Source of the DNA: Armatimonadota bacterium
Lineage (GTDB): Bacteria; Armatimonadota; UBA5829
Assembly (NCBI GenBank): GCA_029907315.1
Contig: JARYME010000002.1
Span: 1,581 to 65,580 of the forward strand
DNA: 64,000 nt
Direction of reading: 5' to 3'
The stretch's first letter is position 1; every line of letters starts with the position of its first letter. Position numbers and translations under genes: made by a program. Positions 58,806 to 64,000 of the stretch are shown one piece after another. The notes under the pieces were generated by a model. It did no database searches, was not told the origin of the DNA, and saw only the letters and a program-made list of their open reading frames with translations.

Positions 58806-58835
58806 TTGACAGGTCGAGCCTGCGTGTGGTAAACT
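58806..58835 (+). promoter_or_regulatory. sigma70-like promoter (TTGACA-17/18-TGgTAAACT) for hpf
   Basis: gcgTTGACAggtcgagcctgcgtgTGGTAAACT lies about 45 nt upstream of the hpf ATG. Confidence 0.4.
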
Positions 58836-58880
58836 CTTCAGGCTCCAGAAAAAAAGTACGCGAAAGGAGTAAATCTCTTC

Positions 58881-60412
<1,532 letters not shown>

Positions 60413-60504
60413 GAGAGCGTAGCGTTTCGGTGCGTTCCGCGCGGCAGCCGCGCGGAACGCATTTTGCATATTGCATGCTTCGCGGTGAGATGGGATAGTC
60501 CTAG

Positions 60505-61452
60505 ATGATAACCACGGTTACCCTCAACCCTGCAGTCGACAAGACCGTCTACGTTTCTAAACTGACACCCCACGACACAAACCGCATACTAAGAGTTGAG
60601 ACAGATGCCGGCGGCAAGGGCATCAATTGTGCGAGAATGCTCAAGCGACTGGGAGCTGAGACGGCTGCAGTAGCGTTTCTCGGCGGGGCCGCAGGGGATT
60701 TCATCGAGACGGTCCTCGCAAGAGAAGGGGTGCCTTTGCACAGGATCGAGACATCGCGACCGACGCGCAACTGCATAGCCATCGAAGAAGAACAAACCGA
60801 TCAACCACCTACGACACTCAACGAAAAAGGCGGTCCAATTGATCACTCCGAACTGGTGGCTATGTTCGAAAAGACCAAGGAGCTGGCACGTCGAAGTACA
60901 TACGTAGTGTTCGGAGGCAGCATCCCGCTAGGCGTAAATGATGACGTATACAACGTGCTCGTCCAGATTGCTTCCAACGCAAAAGCTAAGTCCGTGTTAG
61001 ATGCCGATGGTGAATTGCTCGCCGAAGGCATCAAGGCCAAACCGTTCATGGTCAAGCCGAACCTGGAGGAAGCAGAGCGTCTCCTCAACGTTACCTGTAG
61101 GTCAAAGGCTGATGTCGCCCGAGCAGCGCTGAGGCTTGCCGAAATGGGTGTGGAGCTGGTCGTTATATCTCTCGGCAAACATGGGGCAATCGCTTGCTGT
61201 CAGGGTGTGATCTATGATGCCGTGCCGCCGGATGTTCAAGAGCGAAGCACTATAGGCTCGGGGGACTCAATGGTTGCTGGTATGGTGTTCGCGTTGGAAC
61301 GCGGCATGAGCATCGAGGAAGCGCTGAGGTTGGGCTGCGCTGCCGGCGCAGCGACAGCGATGAGCAGCGGCGCGGATATCGGCAGCAGGGAGGACGTCGA
61401 CAGATTGGTAAACCAGGTAAGGGTAAAGAGGATGGAACCCAGCAGAGGGTAG
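60505..61452 (+). CDS. PfkB-family hexose-phosphate kinase (1-phosphofructokinase/tagatose-6-P kinase-like)
   Basis: MITTVTLNPAVDKT start and GAGD-like motif (GSGDSMVAG) typical of the FruK/LacC ribokinase family. Confidence 0.8.
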   Translation: MITTVTLNPAVDKTVYVSKLTPHDTNRILRVETDAGGKGINCARMLKRLGAETAAVAFLGGAAGDFIETVLAREGVPLHRIETSRPTRNCIAIEEEQTDQPPTTLNEKGGPIDHSELVAMFEKTKELARRSTYVVFGGSIPLGVNDDVYNVLVQIASNAKAKSVLDADGELLAEGIKAKPFMVKPNLEEAERLLNVTCRSKADVARAALRLAEMGVELVVISLGKHGAIACCQGVIYDAVPPDVQERSTIGSGDSMVAGMVFALERGMSIEEALRLGCAAGAATAMSSGADIGSREDVDRLVNQVRVKRMEPSRG

Positions 61453-61572
61453 GGGCGGGACGTAAGCGTTGCGGCGATGTCAAACTACGGGTGCAGTTAA
61501 TGATGGTTGTACCAATTGACACAGCGCTGGTAAGGGGGTAAAGTAGTATTGAGGTGCTAGGCCTCAGGAGAG

Positions 61573-61905
61573 GTGGCTGACAGATTGAAGCTCCAGGAGT
61601 TCAGAAAACTTGTAAAAGAGGAGTTTGGTGAGGGATTGGAGCATGCAACCCCGGCCAACGTCCGGGAGTTCGTAGATCGAATAGAAAACGAAATCCTGCA
61701 AACCAAGTTCTCTCACCGTATTGTGCTGAGTGAAGAGTGCACTTCGTATGAGGAAGTCATAAAAGATTTCTTCGCGAAAACGCTCGAGCTTCCACCTGAG
61801 GAAGCTATGGCTGCGCTGTGGACTCTAGCCCTTGACCTTGCCTTTGCCGCTATCGAATCGCAATACTCCGACCGATTTGCTTCACTTTTCCAGGACATAG
61901 AGTAA
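61573..61905 (+). CDS. hypothetical protein (110 aa)
   Basis: GTG start with an AGGAGAG RBS. No recognizable motifs. Confidence 0.4.
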   Translation: MADRLKLQEFRKLVKEEFGEGLEHATPANVREFVDRIENEILQTKFSHRIVLSEECTSYEEVIKDFFAKTLELPPEEAMAALWTLALDLAFAAIESQYSDRFASLFQDIE

Positions 61906-62084
61906 TCTCCTCGCGTATTGTGTGATTTCGCTCAGTGGTCCATTAGTTTACTGAGCAAAGGTCCCAAAGTGTCGGTTGCTTTGTTGTTTTGACCTCCGTT
62001 CTGGGTTCGCAGATCGGGTGGATACGTGATACAATATCTCCTACCATCCTTTTGTCAAAACCACGTATTTGAAAGGGAGCAGCT

Positions 62085-63941
62085 ATGAATAAGTTCTATC
62101 CGTCAAACCGTCTGCCGCTCGCGCCGTCGGCATTTTGTTTTCTGCCTCTTGGCAGCGTGAAGCCAACCGGGTGGCTCAGGAGACAGCTGGAGATTCAGGC
62201 AACTGGGCTTACCGGAAATTTGCCGAAGTTTTGGGATTCGCTTGGCCCAAATAGCGGTTGGCTTGGTGGGGACGGCGAAAGCTGGGAACGTGGCCCTTAC
62301 TATATGGACGGTTTGGTTCCTCTTGCTTACCTTCTCGGCGACAGGGATCTTATAGCTGAGGCTGAGAAGTGGATCGGTTGGACGCTTAGCAGCCAGAACG
62401 AGTTTGGTCATATAGGACCAAAATCTCTTGACGACTGGTGGCCGTGCGGTGTAGTGCTCAAGGCTCTCACGCAGTACTACGAAGCAACTTCTGACGCTCG
62501 AGTGATACCACTGATGGAGCACTTTTTCGCTTTCATGCTGCGCGAGTTGCCCCACAATCATCTGCGGTCGTGGGCGATAATGCGCTGGGCTGATACTGCT
62601 TTGTCGATTATTTGGCTGTATAACCGCTGTGGTGACCCAATGCTTCTTCACTTAGCGCATGTGCTCGCGGAGCAGGGTTATAATTGGACACATCACTTCC
62701 AGGAATTCGGCTACACGCAGAAACAAGCTTTCAGGTTTCCGCTCAGCACTCACGTAGTTAACAATGCTATGGCAGTGAAGACTCCGGCCGTTGCCTACGT
62801 CCTGACTGGTTGGGAGGAGCACCGTCGAGGATCGTATCGCGCAATAGATATGCTTGACACTTACCACGGCACTGTTGTAGGCACTTTCACTGGCGACGAA
62901 CACTACGCTGGCAAAGATCCATCTCAGGGGACAGAGCTTTGTGCTGTCGTCGAGTATATGTTTTCCCTCGAAAACTTGCTCCAGATTCTAGGAGACCCGG
63001 TATTCGGCGACCGTCTGGAGAAGATAGCTTATAACGCCCTTCCTGCAACTTTTACCGGAGACATGTGGGCACACCAGTACGATCAACAGGTGAACCAGGT
63101 CCTATGTACGGTTGCGAAACGAAATTGGACCAACAACGGAGATTGGTCAAACATTTTCGGCTTGGAGCCCAATTTCGGCTGCTGCACAGCAAACATGCAT
63201 CAGGGCTGGCCGAAATTCGCTGCCAATTTGTGGATGGCCACACACGACAACGGCTTGGCTGCTGTCGCATACGCGCCGTGCACGGTTAGTGCAAAGGTGG
63301 CGGATGGGAAGGACGTTCGACTTGACGTCGAGACGGACTACCCGTTCGACGAAGAGATTCGCATAGTTGTTTCGACAGACGAAGACGTAGAGTTTCCAAT
63401 GGTGCTGCGCATACCAGGTTGGGCCGAGGGAGCTGTGGTGAATGGGCAAGCCGTGGAACCAGGTTCGTTCTTTAGGCTCCACAGGAAATGGAGCAACGGG
63501 GACTCGGTAGAAATCGAGTTCCCGATGCGCGTGGAGACGGAGCGACGTTACCACGACTCAGTCGCGATAAAAAGGGGACCGCTCGTATATTCGCTACGGA
63601 TCGGTGAGCGGTGGGAGAAGATTGCAGGCGAGGAACCTCACGCTGACTACGCTGTATACCCGACTACGCCTTGGAACTATGGATTGCAGATTGATCCCGT
63701 TAACCCACAAGTCGAGATTGTGAAGAAGAGCATCGGTAGCATAATATTCGATTCGAAAAGTGCGCCGATCGAAATGCGGGTTAAGGGCCGAAGGGTTCCT
63801 GAGTGGCAGCTCGAACAAAACTCTGCCGGTCCGCTGCCGCCAAGTCCTGTAAAGTCTTCAGAGCCCCTGGAGGAGCTTACGCTTATTCCCTACGGTTGCG
63901 CTAAGCTCAGAGTAACCGAGTTTCCGTTGATTCAGGATTAG
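62085..63941 (+). CDS. GH127-like (DUF1680, beta-L-arabinofuranosidase family) protein
   Basis: Size is 618 aa. TELCA (E-x-C) and FGCCTANMHQGW (CC) match the Zn/catalytic Cys arrangement of HypBA1-type GH127. Confidence 0.6.
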   Translation: MNKFYPSNRLPLAPSAFCFLPLGSVKPTGWLRRQLEIQATGLTGNLPKFWDSLGPNSGWLGGDGESWERGPYYMDGLVPLAYLLGDRDLIAEAEKWIGWTLSSQNEFGHIGPKSLDDWWPCGVVLKALTQYYEATSDARVIPLMEHFFAFMLRELPHNHLRSWAIMRWADTALSIIWLYNRCGDPMLLHLAHVLAEQGYNWTHHFQEFGYTQKQAFRFPLSTHVVNNAMAVKTPAVAYVLTGWEEHRRGSYRAIDMLDTYHGTVVGTFTGDEHYAGKDPSQGTELCAVVEYMFSLENLLQILGDPVFGDRLEKIAYNALPATFTGDMWAHQYDQQVNQVLCTVAKRNWTNNGDWSNIFGLEPNFGCCTANMHQGWPKFAANLWMATHDNGLAAVAYAPCTVSAKVADGKDVRLDVETDYPFDEEIRIVVSTDEDVEFPMVLRIPGWAEGAVVNGQAVEPGSFFRLHRKWSNGDSVEIEFPMRVETERRYHDSVAIKRGPLVYSLRIGERWEKIAGEEPHADYAVYPTTPWNYGLQIDPVNPQVEIVKKSIGSIIFDSKSAPIEMRVKGRRVPEWQLEQNSAGPLPPSPVKSSEPLEELTLIPYGCAKLRVTEFPLIQD

Positions 63942-64000
63942 GTTTTTGCCTGGTTTAAAGTGCGCCAACTGGCCACCAAAGTGGCGGCCGGTTGGCCTTT

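Noticed and set aside
58477-58809. 110-aa ORF in the MFS/hpf divergent intergenic region
   Set aside because: No RBS or conserved features are present. The region more plausibly holds divergent promoters.

Overview
This 64 kb window looks like a chromosomal segment from an anaerobic, carbohydrate-degrading bacterium, probably of the PVC/Armatimonadota type. The lineage guess rests on three paralogous pseudopilin-like genes, each with a near-identical '[25 protein letters not shown]' class-III signal peptide. Gene density is high on both strands, several neighbouring genes overlap by 4 nt, and I found no rRNA, tRNA, CRISPR array or mobile element.

Housekeeping genes include the 3' end of proS, a gap-pgk-tpiA glycolytic operon with internal hairpin terminators, pyk, a eukaryote-like guaB, hisI, mpg, nfo, hpf, a class II fba and a pfkB-family kinase. 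A redox cluster holds a glutaredoxin-like gene, a trxB-like gene translationally coupled to hemW, and a divergent TlpA-like gene. An oxidative-stress cluster holds a LuxR-type regulator, rubrerythrin and a flavodiiron protein.

Carbohydrate-active genes are frequent: DUF2961/GH172, a GH94-like phosphorylase, a GH127-like (DUF1680) protein, aldose 1-epimerase, a BNR-like secreted protein and a WbsX/GH-like lipoprotein.

Three loci stand out:
- A LacI-family regulator sits at the head of an operon with two large uncharacterized proteins (660 and 697 aa) and a 60-aa Cys-motif protein. A near-perfect cre/LacI-type palindrome lies 16 nt upstream of the regulator's start codon.
- A complete but rearranged Flx-Hdr-like electron-transfer gene set is present: hdrCBA, mvhD/flxD, an FrhB-like Fe-S protein, an AsrA-like protein and an AsrB-like flavoprotein. 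It is interrupted by a SAM methyltransferase, a secreted protein and an inverted GH94-like gene, and flanked by candidate operator palindromes.
- An orphan mraZ is preceded by a zinc-ribbon hypothetical rather than sitting at the head of a dcw cluster.

All functional calls come from reading motifs in the translated ORFs. No database search was run.
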